A DNA stretch of 64,000 nt, taken from NCBI GenBank assembly GCA_905178155.1, contig CAJINV010000004.1:9834625-9898624 (forward strand), written 5' to 3'. The notes beneath the pieces were generated by a model that was not told where the DNA came from, did not search any database, and saw only the letters and a list, made by a program, of their open reading frames with translations. Shown here piece by piece: positions 26,001 through 37,699 of this stretch (positions are counted from its first letter, which is position 1; each line of letters opens with the position of its first letter). The stretch is from Amoebophrya sp. A120. Lineage: Eukaryota > Protista > Dinoflagellata. The position numbers were made by a program, and so were the translations under genes.

Positions 26001-26890
26001 GCCCTGTTCGGGTTCACTTTAGCCTGGGAAAAATTTCTACCATGTGCAAAAGTATCGTACTCGTACTAATTGCAAATATGCATGACAAATGTTTTTCTCA
26101 AGGTAAAACAGCATTACAAATTGCATTTGTCTTGCTGAGCTAATTTGCCATGCAATTTATACTAGTACGATGCTTTTGCAATTCATATTTTCCGAAGGTA
26201 GTTGTGAAAACCGTGAACCAGGCAGAGACGTCCCGAGCCAAGAAAAATGGGGTGGTCGCGGGGGATTTTCTGGTAAACTTTTCCGGGGAGAAGATCAGCA
26301 ACGTGAAGCTGACTCTGGAGAAATACAGAAACGCGAAAAGTCCGGAAGAAGCGATCGTGCAAAAGGTGCAGAGGGCATTGGAACGATTGAAAAGATCGGG
26401 AAATTACGGCAAGGAAAATCTGACCGGATTTGTGTTTCTAAGGAAAAAGTACGCGAGTCAGTACCTGCAACTTCGGGTAAAAGTACCAAACGAAGTTGTA
26501 GGCGAAGATGAGTCAACAGCTGCTGGAAGTAGAACAGCGGAAAGAAGTCTCGGGTTTCAAGTGGTGTCCTACAAGTCAAACTCTCTCGAGATGGAGATTT
26601 TGCAGGTCGGCAAAGTGCTGGACCGCGATGCTGGTAAGCCAGACTCCTTTGCGGTGAGCAACAAGCTGCAGCAAAAAGACGTTTTGGTTTGTTTTAACGA
26701 AAAATCGCTGCTGAGCGGGGCCGTGGACAAAGATGCGTTCTGGGAACTGGTTTCGGACGAGAGCAAAAATCCTTCCGAAGCGATGAACACAGCACCGAAC
26801 AACGAGATTTTGCTCCGACGATGTTTGCCAGAAGGCTGGCCGCAGGACCAAATTGATGCGGAAACGGAGCGGCTAAGGGTGCAGATGTGA
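20011..26890 (+). CDS. Large protein with low-complexity N-terminus, coiled coil and a duplicated C-terminal module of PDZ-like domains; start codon uncertain (frame open from 19876)
   Basis: ORFs 19876, 23128, 24531 and 26150 join across 4 elements. Two copies of LAG..KLPL.KWGFAGWYQSSID...FPKV.V..V.....A.KNG.V.GDFLV.FSGEKI...LGF.V.SYKSNSLEMEILQVGK; the A.K.G+..GD.L+..+G pattern is PDZ-like. Confidence 0.7.
22934..23108. mobile_element. Introner family F (diverged, reverse orientation)
   Basis: GTACGGGAATAAATTTG near the right end; DR GCTTT/CCTGT; joins DAALL-LSRNHLDE. Confidence 0.75.
24439..24591. mobile_element. Introner family A
   Basis: DR TTTTG/TCTTG. Confidence 0.9.
25653..25965. mobile_element. 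Introner family D
   Basis: DR ACGAC/ACGAC. Confidence 0.92.
26038..26187. mobile_element. Introner family A (TAC start)
   Basis: DR ATTTC/TTTTC. Confidence 0.88.
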
Positions 26891-27493
26891 TTTGTTTCCT
26901 CGGTGGAATAATTAAAGAAAAACACGACGAAGTAGTTGGGAGACAATTCGACGAAGCAATTGACCACAGGAGAGGTCCTCATGTCCTGTCGTTGTGCCAT
27001 TGTTGACCTGTGTGGGCAAATCACCTGTTGATGCCGCATTTTCCTTCCATGAAATCTTCGCTTTATGGCAAGGAACGACATGCCATAGCTGTTCTTGTTG
27101 CCCATGCGGCGGGCAGCTCTCATTAGGCTCATCGTACGAAAAAGAAATTCGTCTCGACAGAAGAGAGAGGTTGAGTCGTAGCGAGACAGGGAGTATGATC
27201 GATAGTCTGCAAGAATAGAAGTACTAGAGCTATTGAATGAGTTGGAGAGCGCAGTTGTTCGTAGCAATTGCAAAAATGTAGAGTTTTGTCATTTCCTTTT
27301 CCTAGCGGTTTCGTTTCTGATGTTGTAAAGACCTCAAAAATAGGCTGAGTCAGCATTTATTGCTTTGTCCCGGATGAAATAAAGGATTTGGTTTAGGTTT
27401 TCGGGTTCTTTAAGTGTAATTCATCTTGCGTCTCCGTCTGTCTCCTGTGCACTTGTTTTATACTTACTTATTTTTTCCACGAAATTTCGCAGT

Positions 27494-30400
27494 ATGTCAC
27501 TGCTGATCTACCGTGCTTCCGGGGACGTCGTCCGTGTCCCCGTGCCTCCCCCGACGGTGACCGAAAGCCAACCTGGAGCGACAAGCACAACTTCTGCAAC
27601 CGGAACAACGACCGGACCGTCGTCTTCCTCGTCAACTCAAGGTGCGAATGGAGCTGCTGCCCCTACTGCCTCCGGCGCCACGACGTCAGCGAAAGCTGCA
27701 TTGCAAGAAACTAGGGGCTCCTCCTCTAGCAGTAGTTCCTGGATGGCACCAGGAGAACGAGCAGGTGTACTAGCGCATGAAGGGCAACAAGCGGAGCTCT
27801 TGGACGGACGACGAGCTCTGCAAGCGACGGGCACACAAGGTGGAGGGATGAACTTTAACACCGGTGTAATAGCATCGTCGATGGAAGTGAGCTCCTCAAG
27901 CTCTTCTTCGAGCAGCAGTAATATGGCCGCTGTAAGGAGCCCAAGCACAACTGGTGACGCGGCAAAAGCGCAACTCGCTTCACCATCTTCGCTCCTCCCA
28001 TTGACGATGGAAGAAAAATCGGGAGACACCAGGACTTCTTCGAGAAAAGCGGCGAATAAAAGTCGAAGCAACAAGCTTGCCATCTCTAAACCGCCCAGTC
28101 CGACCGGGGGAGCAGCCGCAGCGACAGCCACTTGTAGCTCCAGTCCTTCTCCCTCGTCCGCGACGCGCCGCCCTTTATCGCGCACTTTGCTGCAAAAAAC
28201 CCGGAAAGCATTCGCGGAGAACTGGCGGCGGAAGCGAAAAGCCTCCCCAAACAAGAAGGCGTACGCGTCGTCCGAACGGGAAACAAAATCCGAGGACGAC
28301 GAGCACGTGGAAACGGATCCGGGTGGCTTCGTCTCCGATAATCTCGTGGACTACAGCAACGCAGCGTGTAGCCCAACGGAGGATGGCAGTAAGATGATAA
28401 ACGAACTGGAATTCCGGTACAACGTATCAAGAGAAAAACCCATCCCCATCCAATTTGTCATGCAAAACACGTATAAAGTCCTTTGTTTGTCATGCAAAAA
28501 ATGGATGTGGATGGGTTTTTTCCTCTGGATAGAACGCGCGCCTCTACGACAACCCGCTGAACGTGGTTGGGATCTCCCAGGTATCAAATGCAAATATGTC
28601 TGGGTCTGGAAGGTCGGAACTTGTGATGCTGTGTTTGGATTCTAAAAAGATTTGTATTGCATGACCAGCAAGAGCCGTCCTGTTTGTGCTACGGGGGGAG
28701 GGCATTTGTCATGCGGAATAGGCATCAGGAAGCCTTCTAAAAATCTGTGATGCTAGGTCATGCATTACAGGCATCGTGGTTCATGCAAAACATGCATGAC
28801 AAGCCTTGCACTCTTCCAGACCCAGACATTTTTGCAATCCATACTAGGAACGGCTAAACGAAATCACATTTTTGCAGCCGATGGCGCGGGCGGGGGTCGT
28901 GGGTGCTGCTGGGGCTGGTTTTGCAAGTAGTGCTAGTGGTACTACTGCTGCTGAAAGAAATAACGGCAAAAATAGGCCCGTCATCAGCACGCCGAGTCCC
29001 CGAACATCATCTTCTCCCGCGAAGCAGCAGAATAAGCCGCTCGTACGCGCGGGCAGCGGCAGTTCCTCCTCTTCCTCATCTGGTGATAACATGCAGATGA
29101 ATCGAGGACAAGAGGACGGCGCTGCAGCTCCAGGAGACTCGACACTACATTCCGGGCCGCCTTTCCAACACCAGCATCTTCCCGGAGATTCTTTTCTCAA
29201 CGCGCCGGCCCACGAGGAAGCGTTCACCCCCTCCGAAGTGAGCAAATCCGAGGACATTTTCCCGACGTACAGTGATGAATCCGAATTCGGGGCCGACCCG
29301 TTGCCCGTGCACGACACCTATCCACAGTAAATTTCCCGTACACGTGCAAATGCGGTTTCTGCATGACAAAACTTTTACTCAATCCTATTCAGCATGACAA
29401 GTGGCATCCTCCGAGTTGGTGACATTTGTGATGCATTTTGCGCATGTACAGGAAATTTGTATTGCATAACGCCTGCTTCCTCACGGTGAAGGAAGCCCGC
29501 TTGCTGGTCGCGCAGCACCTGTCCAAGACGGACCGGAAGGTGCCCGTGAACCTCTGCTACTTCGTGGACATCGACAAGGCAGAGGGGCACATCATGCGCG
29601 ACGACGAGTTTATGCGTGATTACAACTTCACGGCGTTATTGGTGATTCAGACGAAAGACTACCTCCAAGACGGGAAATATGAATCCCTCAGCAACGCCTT
29701 GCTCCACGAGGAGGATTTGGACACGTGTTACGAGATATGCATTGCAAATATGTCTGGGTCTGGAAAAATGCCAGGTTTGTCATGCTCTGCTAGCATGACT
29801 GTCAAGTCTGTCACGCAAGGTACCCAAAAGCGCCACTTTTGTGTCATGCAAAAACCCAGTTTCTCATGCAGAATAGACAACACCTAGCGATTCAAAAACC
29901 TGTCATGCTGAGCCGTCATTTCTGGCGTTCTCTTGATTCGCCAACCAGCATCACAAGTTTCCAGACCCAGACACTTTTGCATTTGATACGAGATCGTGTA
30001 CCAGATGGCCGACGAGGAGCTGAATCAGTACACGACGTTTGATATGCACTGCAAAAGTATCGTACTCGTACAGTAATTGCAGATGCAGTCATGCATTACA
30101 AATCTCGTTCCCAAGGCAAATCAGCATGACAAATAATTCCATTTCTCATGCTGAGCGAATTTGTATTGCAATTAAGTACTACTAGCGCGATATTACTGTT
30201 GCAATTCATATTTGACAAAGACGTCCAAACCCACCTGCTCTACGACGTCACCCGGAATACAAAAACGCCTCTAGCGAAGACCTACCAGGCCCTCGCCATC
30301 GTGGATTCCGGCCGATTCAAGTTCCCACCTTGCGACAAGACGCACGGGAGAGACGTATGAATTGCAAAAGTGTCGTACTCGTAGTACTAAGCGTAAAATT

Positions 30401-33400
30401 ATCCTCGCACCAGTCATGCATGACAGATCTATGGTCAACAGCCACAGCCTCATCTGCGGGCAACCAGCATTACAGATTGCATTGTTTCTCTCGGCAAAAT
30501 TTGAATGTGTACTGCCATTGCATTTCCTTTTCGTTTTCCACTAGAGGTACGATGCTTTCCTAAAAATGCATAAGACGGATACTACGACAACATTTTGGTC
30601 GCGATCATCCGAGTGCTCGGTTGGAACCAGAACCTGACGCACGCGAACGGGGTCAGTGATAGACTGGTGAAGATCTGCTCGCTGATATTGAACTCGCCCT
30701 ACACAAACAAGCGGGATTTGCTGGTAAACAAGCTCTCCGACGTGAACGAAACGGCTTTGATGCTGGCGGTGAGATGTAAAAATTTCGAGCTGTTTAAAAT
30801 CATCCTTGAGTACGCGTTGCAGGAGGACTGCGCGAAGGAATTGATGCAAATTAGGGAGAACATCGGGGGCAAGGAAACCGCGTTTCTCTTCGCGGCCCGG
30901 GAGGGCTGTCCGAAGATCTTCGAGTACATGATCGAGTATGGCGTTCTCAAACGTTACATTCTCAAGTGTTACATGAATTTGTGATGCAAGAATGCGAAAA
31001 GCGAAAGGGGGGAGGTTGCGCCTCTAGCATTACAAACTCCGCACAGATGTAGGCGCTGTTTAGCCCTAGGCAAATTTGTCATGCGAAGCAGCTTGATCGC
31101 GTCGATGATGATGGTGTTTTTGCATGACAAACTCATGCAACACCAGTTGAAAGTGTACTGTTTGAGAACTCTATATTGAGCAGCGGGAGGTTCTGTCGAT
31201 CGACATCAACCAGAAATCGGAATACGGGCTGAACGCGTTTCTGTTATGCAGTGCAAAAGTATCGTACTCGTATAAATGCATTACAAATTTCCTCAGCATG
31301 AAAAATAACTTTTGTGATGCTGATTTACCTTAAGAAAAAGATTTGTAATGCATGACTGCAGTTACTACGAGTGCGATACTTTTGCACAGCATATCTGTTC
31401 GCGGCGAGCAATAACCAGGTGGAGATCTGCCGGATGTTGATGCAGGATGTGGACGGGTTTGCGGGGGTGAATGAACAGTGTATATCAAATGCAAAAATGT
31501 CTGGGTCTGGAAGAGTGCAAGTTTGTCATGCTTGTCTGGTATGACTCGAGAATCTGTGTTGCATAGGCACGAAAAGGTCCTCTTACCTGTCGTGCAAAAA
31601 CGCAGTTTGCCATGCGGAATACGTAAGACATGGCAGCCAGAAAATTTGTCATGCACAGCTGCGTATCGTGGTGTGTATACCATTCACTTTTAGCATTACA
31701 AGTTTCCTGACCCAGACATATTTGCAATCCATAGTGCAGAGACGGCTGCAACGCCTTCCTCTACGCCTGCAGTCACTACGGTAGCATCCAGATGTATGGA
31801 TCTGTCAGAATTGAAATCGTCAAAGTTGAAATAATTTGTGATGCGTAAAACGGATACCAGTTGGCGCCTAGTTTTCAAGTGGCGCATGACAAATTTTCCT
31901 GGCCTCTAGAGCAAGTCTGTCATGCTGTTTCGGGCAAAAGGGCTCCTCTCTGTCATGCTAATCAGCAATCCAATTCTGGACCCTTGTCAGTACTACAATC
32001 TGCCTCCCTTGCGTGCTCTGCAATAGAGACAATCTCTGAGTTGCATTTTATGCATGACAAATCATTTCAACTTTGACGATTTCAATCCTGACACTCCCAT
32101 AAGATGGTGCGTCTGTTGCTCGAGGGCAAAATTCGGATTCCGGTGCGGGCGGAGGGGGAAGAAGCAGACGGTCATCAAGACGGAGCTGCAAGAAATCTTC
32201 AAGGCGGACCAGTACTTCTCGATCACGCAGCGCATTTCGTCCCGAACACCCGGGCCGCGAACCTCCAGGCCGGACCGGGGATCATGAATGTCGGCGGTCT
32301 TGGTGCGGAAAACATGAATCCCGGGCTGTTGCAGATCGAGCACCAGGTATTGGAGCACATCGAGGGTGGGCGGACGCGAGTGGCAGGCCAGGCCGGGATA
32401 GTAGATGAGCCGGGTTTATTTTTGAGGGGACCGCCGTTGCAGCAGCTCCACGGGGAAGAGGAAGGGATAGCGGACGACGAGCCGAACGACGAACTAGTAC
32501 AAGGCGAACAGGGTGCAGTTCCGGAGCGAGATGTTGAAGCCGAAGATGCAGATGGCGTTGATGATCAGACAATAAACGCGAACAACATCGACGAGGCACA
32601 GGATAGCCCAAAGGAAGCGAAGAGTGAGGTAAAGGGCCAGGCAGCTGCTTCCAACAAAATGAAATCATCCCCATCCAGCTCTTCGAGCAAGAGACCAGTG
32701 GAGGCTCCTTCCGAGCTCGGCCCTGGCACCGCGACCACTAGTAGTGGTGCAGCAGCAGCTGCAGCTGCTTCTTCACTGCGAAGGCTCCCCGAGGACATGA
32801 CGCCACCACCACATCACACGAGTAAACAGTCCATCACGCATTCTTTCAGCGAGTACGAGTACTCGCCCGAGGCCCCTTCAGACGGCTTTTTCGACGACGA
32901 TGATGACCTCGACGACCGCGACCACTTTTTCCGCCGCGCCGGCCCGCAGATACCACGCCGGGACATGGAGCAGCAGCGCCAGGAAGCCCTGCGGATGATC
33001 AATCAGAGGCGAATTTTCGAGGAACTCGCCGCGCAGATTGACCAGGAGGCAGGACCACGCGAAGGTCCAGATTATGCACAAAATTACGCGGGCGAAGATC
33101 GAGGAGTTGAGGAAGGAACCACCGGCGGAAATCTAAATCAACGGGGCTCTACTACTCTATCGAGCGTGACGAGGGGCACGAGCGAAGAAGAGGGGGCTGG
33201 CACTGCAGCGAGCGTGGCGGGGACAACGACGGGAACTGTGGATTCAACGGCAGGTGTAGAAGTTGCTGCACCTGCTGTTCTTTCGGCAGAACACGACCTG
33301 CACGACGGCGTCGGACATGCATCCTCTAGCAGCTCCAGTGCCGCCTCGTCTTCCGCTACGCCGACCGGCCAGCGCTTCTGTTCCACCACGCCAGCAGCCG

Positions 33401-36400
33401 CAACATCGAACGCGCAAGGAGATGAGCAAGACAGATCCACGAGCAAGAAGAGTGCGCCGCCATCTTCTGGCTCGAAGTACCGCACGCCGGAAAACAACGC
33501 CCGGGAAAGCCGGTTTCTGAAACAACAGCTTTGGAATGCGGAGAAAGGCCACTACGATCTCGACAACGCGGGAATTCAGAATCAACAAACCGGTCGTGGT
33601 GCGTCCTCCTCTAGCTGCACAGGTCGTCCTCGAGATGAAGTAGGATCACCTTCAGAAGGAGGAGCACTGGTAAGCTCAACATCCGCTCCCCGTCGACCCA
33701 GCCAGCAGGCGTGGTCCCCGGCCGAAGTGGATCAGGTTTTGCGGGTGACGGGCGAGAGTGCGGCGGCGAGCAGTAGTTCGTCCAGCCGAGGAGCGGTTGG
33801 AGCACGACCAGAGAATCAAGGCCGCGATCCAGAAAACGAGACCCCGCAACTACTCGGCGATAGAGCGGGAGCAACAGAAACAACAGCAGCAGTGGCTGCG
33901 AGCGTCGGATCCGAGGAACAGGAAGAGGAGGTCAGTGACACAGACGAGGCTGGACGAAGAAGGTTTCAACCTTTGCGACGGGATCATCAGGTATGATCAA
34001 AGAAAAAGTTTTTTTTGCATTCAGCTTCTTTGGCGTGTCAGTGTCTTCACTTCATCATTTATCAATCTTTTGGTTCTGGAAGTGTGTGCAATTGAATTTA
34101 GTCAAACATCAGTTTTTTCCCCACTTTAAATTCGACGACTCAGACCGCCGCCGCTGTGCAAACGATCGAGACAGCGAACCAGTTCGTGGCCGGTGCGCCG
34201 GGACCTCCACGGCTTGTCTTCCCCACATTGGAAAACCACGGGCTTCTGCGGCAAGACAACCGCAACAACCTAGGGCCAAACGCAAGTCGCAATCTGCAAA
34301 ACGCCGCTGCTGGTGGAGCGGAGGGTCGTGGACCCATCGCGCACGAAGATGCTGTTCGTGAAGGAAACAACGAAGTAGATCATGATGGGCAACCACGACC
34401 GCCACAGATCGGTGCCGCACCTCCTCAACCTGCTGCCGCAGCACAAAATGCGCAAGAGCCAGGCGCGGGTCTACTTTTTGCAGGCGGCGGTCCAGCGGCC
34501 TTGCGCCCGCGCGCAGTCGGTGCTGGTGGCGGTCTCTTCCATCGGTTGAACCCCGTTGGAGGTGCTGTTGACAATGGGCAGCAACTGATGTTTCATCCCG
34601 GCCATGACCAGCCCCCTCCCGTTTTTCGCAGAAGACGGTACAGAATCCAGCAGTGTCTGTTCAAAAACGCATTCACTGGTTTCAACGTCACCGACAACGA
34701 CGGGCGGAACGGGTTTTTGCGTGCCATTCGATCCGGATACGGTGGTGCGACGAAGGCACTGTTGCAGTACCTGATCATGCACAGCGACCGGTTCGCGCCG
34801 GGGTTTCTGGACGCGCGGGACAAGGACGGCAACAACGCGCTGCACCAGGCGATTTACCGGTGTTCCATCGAAACCGTGGAGCTACTGCTGTCGCACAAAG
34901 GAAAATTTGCCGAAAACTTCGTCAGTGTGAAGAACAATGTACTTACTATCTAATATGGCGGTATGAATATGATGTTTGTGTGTTTATTTGATGCAAACAT
35001 GCATTACGGTCGCATCTTCTTGAATAATACGTTTAGCTACACAAAAATTATCTGTCAAAAAATCAGGTCGGCAACAACGCTCTCCTCCTCGCCGCGAGCT
35101 TCTCCGAGCCCATTACGCGCATGATTCTTGAAGAGGAAAACTTCACGGGTGCCAACGAGCGGAACGCCGAGGGGGTGAACGCCTTTCTCTATGCATTGCA
35201 AAACTACCGTACTAGCATAAGTTGCAATACAACTTTCCTTAGCATGAGAGATGGAATTTGTCATGCGGATTTGCCTTAGCAAGAAGATTTGCATATGCAA
35301 GACTTGCATTCATACGAGTACGATATTACTTTTGCACAGGATATTCTCAGAGCGGCGTCGATGGGGAGGATGGACATTTGCCGACTGCTCTTCAACCACA
35401 AGCATTTTGACAAAAACGGAGTGAATGAGGTAAGGATTTGAATCTGGTGTTGTGCGGAACTCATGTTTGCTCGAGTGCGATCACGATCTGAAACAAGAAT
35501 TAAGTGCCGTGCGACAACGATGAACTTACTTCGAAGTAGAGTTCCGCACGAAATCAGTGCTAACCAAAGGATGTTGCTGCTCAATCGATCATTTCAATTT
35601 CTATAGTTCTCACCCTGCCTCACCTTGATCAGGTCGACCGCCACGGCAACAACGCCCTGTTACTCGCGGCTGGGTACGGCAACAGCGCGATCTGCAATTT
35701 CCTTCTGTCGGGCGAGGCGCAGGAGGTCTTTACCGGCTCTATCAACAGCATGAATAAACGTGGGGACACGATGCTCATCGTGTCGGCCGAAAACGGGTAC
35801 GCGGACTTTTGCCGCTCGTTGTCGATCGACCCGCGATTCAACCTGCATTTTCAACGAAACAACGAGGGCTTGACGGCCTTACTGGCGGCGGCAAGAAGGG
35901 GGTACGTGGGGGTGTGTGAATATTTTGTCCAGGAAGAAAAGTACCGGCACCAGTTGGAATTACGCGACCACCAGGGGAACAACGCGTTTCTGTACGCAGC
36001 GAGCAGCTTCCGCTTCGCGGAGGACCTGGAACGGGTTTTCTTCAATAGCAGTCGAAGCGGCAGCTCCGCATCCGAAACCGAGCCGGCAGGAGATGCGGGG
36101 GGACGGGTTGTCGTTGCGGGGAGGACGAATGTTGGCGGGCAGCTGCACCAGCGGAGCCAGGTTGAAGGAGTGGGACAGCAAACGAATACTGGTGAGGAAG
36201 ATATTGAAGTGGGAGGAGATAACGTCATAGCTGCAGACAACACTGAAGATGCAAATGGTGCAGCGAGTACCGGTGTAGTCAGAGGACCGCGCGGGAGCAA
36301 CGCCTCCGCCACCTCGAGCGTAGATCCAAGTAGCCCGAAAACTTCTGTTACTGAAGCTGGTACTGGCACTGCAACTGGAGGAGCGACTGCACCAACAGCC

Positions 36401-37108
36401 GGACCAGATGCTCTTGCTCGTCCCGCACAGACAGAGGACCGCACGACAGCGGCTGCACCTCGGCGGGGTCCACCAGTTGTCACAGGTCTATTTTCCACCG
36501 GCACTGGGACTGGCGCCGGCGACCGCGACCCTGCCAACCCCCCACCTCGCGGGCTAGCCACCGCTGCGGTGCACAACCCGCGCAGCAGCGTCGCCGCAGC
36601 ACACAGCCGCGGCGGCCAAAGTTCATCTTCGTCTTCGCATCATCTGCAGCTCCGGTTTCCGCTTGCCTTCTACCAGGCGACCAACCACGAGGGCCGGAAC
36701 GCGTTGCACCTAGGGGCCGCGGACGGGGCGCTGCACATCTGCAGGTTTTTGCTGCGAAAAAGCGGCGTGCTCGGACTGCGGAAGGAAACCCGGGATCACA
36801 GCGGGTACACGCCGCACATGCTGCTGAAGGACATGATGACGAAGAACCGGTGGGACAAAAACCAGCTGTACGTCGATTTCTTGGCGGAGTTAGAAGTGTC
36901 GGAAGGCTCATCTTCGAGTGGGCCAAGTGCCAGTCATCTTCCGCATGGCGGCTTGAAGGAGAGCGGGGATCATGTTGCTGACCGTGGCGCTGCAGATAAT
37001 AGTTCTCATGGTGGTAGACCAGGGAGTCCGTTGGCCGGCGGAGGTATGAACAACCGCTACAGTGTGTCTTCGTCGTCCTCGGCTTCGTCGTCGGCATCGG
37101 CAACGTAG
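27494..37108 (+). CDS. Ankyrin-repeat protein with 11 introners and 3 canonical GT-AG introns (33991-34143, 34939-35066, ~35430-35632)
   Basis: Ankyrin motifs: NETALMLAVR, KETAFLFAAREG, YGLNAFLFAASNNQVEICRML, DGCNAFLYAC, DGNNALHQAI, EGVNAFLRAASMGRMDICRLL, RGDTMLIVSAENG, EGLTALLAAARRG, EGRNALHLGAADG. Frame is continuous across all traced junctions. Confidence 0.85.
28425..28531. mobile_element. Introner family G (107 bp, the shortest)
   Basis: TATCAAGAGAAAAACCCATCC / GGATGGGTTTTTTCCTCTGGATA; DR CAACG/GAACG. Confidence 0.88.
28582..28843. mobile_element. Introner family B
   Basis: DR CCAGG/CTAGG; can also be read as GT...AG. Confidence 0.92.
29319..29468. mobile_element. Introner family F
   Basis: TATCCACAGTAAATTTCCCGTAC / GTACAGGAAATTTGTATTGCATA; DR ACACC/ACGCC. 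Confidence 0.9.
29736..29988. mobile_element. Introner family B
   Basis: DR CGAGA/CGAGA. Confidence 0.92.
30043..30210. mobile_element. Introner family A
   Basis: DR TTTGA/TTTGA. Confidence 0.9.
30356..30572. mobile_element. Introner family A (diverged)
   Basis: DR AGACG/AGACG. Confidence 0.85.
30937..31175. mobile_element. Introner family H
   Basis: TATGGCGTTCTCAAAC / GTTTGAGAACTCTATA; DR TCGAG/TTGAG. Confidence 0.85.
31245..31393. mobile_element. Introner family A
   Basis: DR TCTGT/TCTGT; lies inside an ankyrin repeat (NAFL-FAAS). Confidence 0.92.
31483..31733. mobile_element. Introner family B
   Basis: DR GTGTA/GTGCA. Confidence 0.92.
31795..32101. mobile_element. Introner family D
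   Basis: DR AGATG/AGATG. Confidence 0.92.
35190..35343. mobile_element. Introner family A
   Basis: DR TTCTC/TTCTC. Confidence 0.92.
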
Positions 37109-37699
37109 TTGCTGCAGCGATGCATTTGTTTTTGTATCTAGTGCACGACCACCGTGTAGGTGTAGATGTAGTTCTTCAACACTCATCCTAGATGGAATCC
37201 GAATCCTTCTTGACTACAAGAAGTGCCACCAGGAGTTATAATTTTTTTCCGTCATTCATCAACGTGCAGGACAGGCACAGGCTTCTGATATCCGTATACG
37301 AAGCCTTGGCTCCAACAACTGGCAGAACAAGAGGAGCGACCTGAATGAGTCGCATCATACTGCAACAAATGCGATGCTGCAGAACTTTTCTGCTGACACT
37401 GGCTGGCTTGCACGCTTCAGACTTTTTCAACACGCTTACTAACAGGCACACTTCACCTCAGCGCAACAGTGCCACGTAGATGTAGGAAGTTTACCCGTGA
37501 TATTTTGCAAATACGAAGACGAAATCATTCTGACTCTCGACGTCGATGCAAGAATGCAGCCTCGTTGTCAGAAAGTAACTCACGTTGCAGCTCACGATGT
37601 CGATGTGTTCTAGTTCATCTTACTTTCTAGTTCATCTTACTTACATTAGCTTGCGCACCTAACCAGAAGAATCGGTTTTGGGAATCCACCTGACTGTAT

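Noticed and set aside
28582-28645. Recurrent peptides such as CKYVWVWK, ANMSGSG, VQKYRTR and CAKVSYSY as a protein repeat family
   Set aside because: They are translations of family A and B TIRs in various frames.
28425-32101. CRISPR-like repeat/spacer array
   Set aside because: The repeats are inverted pairs of several families, the 'spacers' are in-frame exons, and there are no cas genes.
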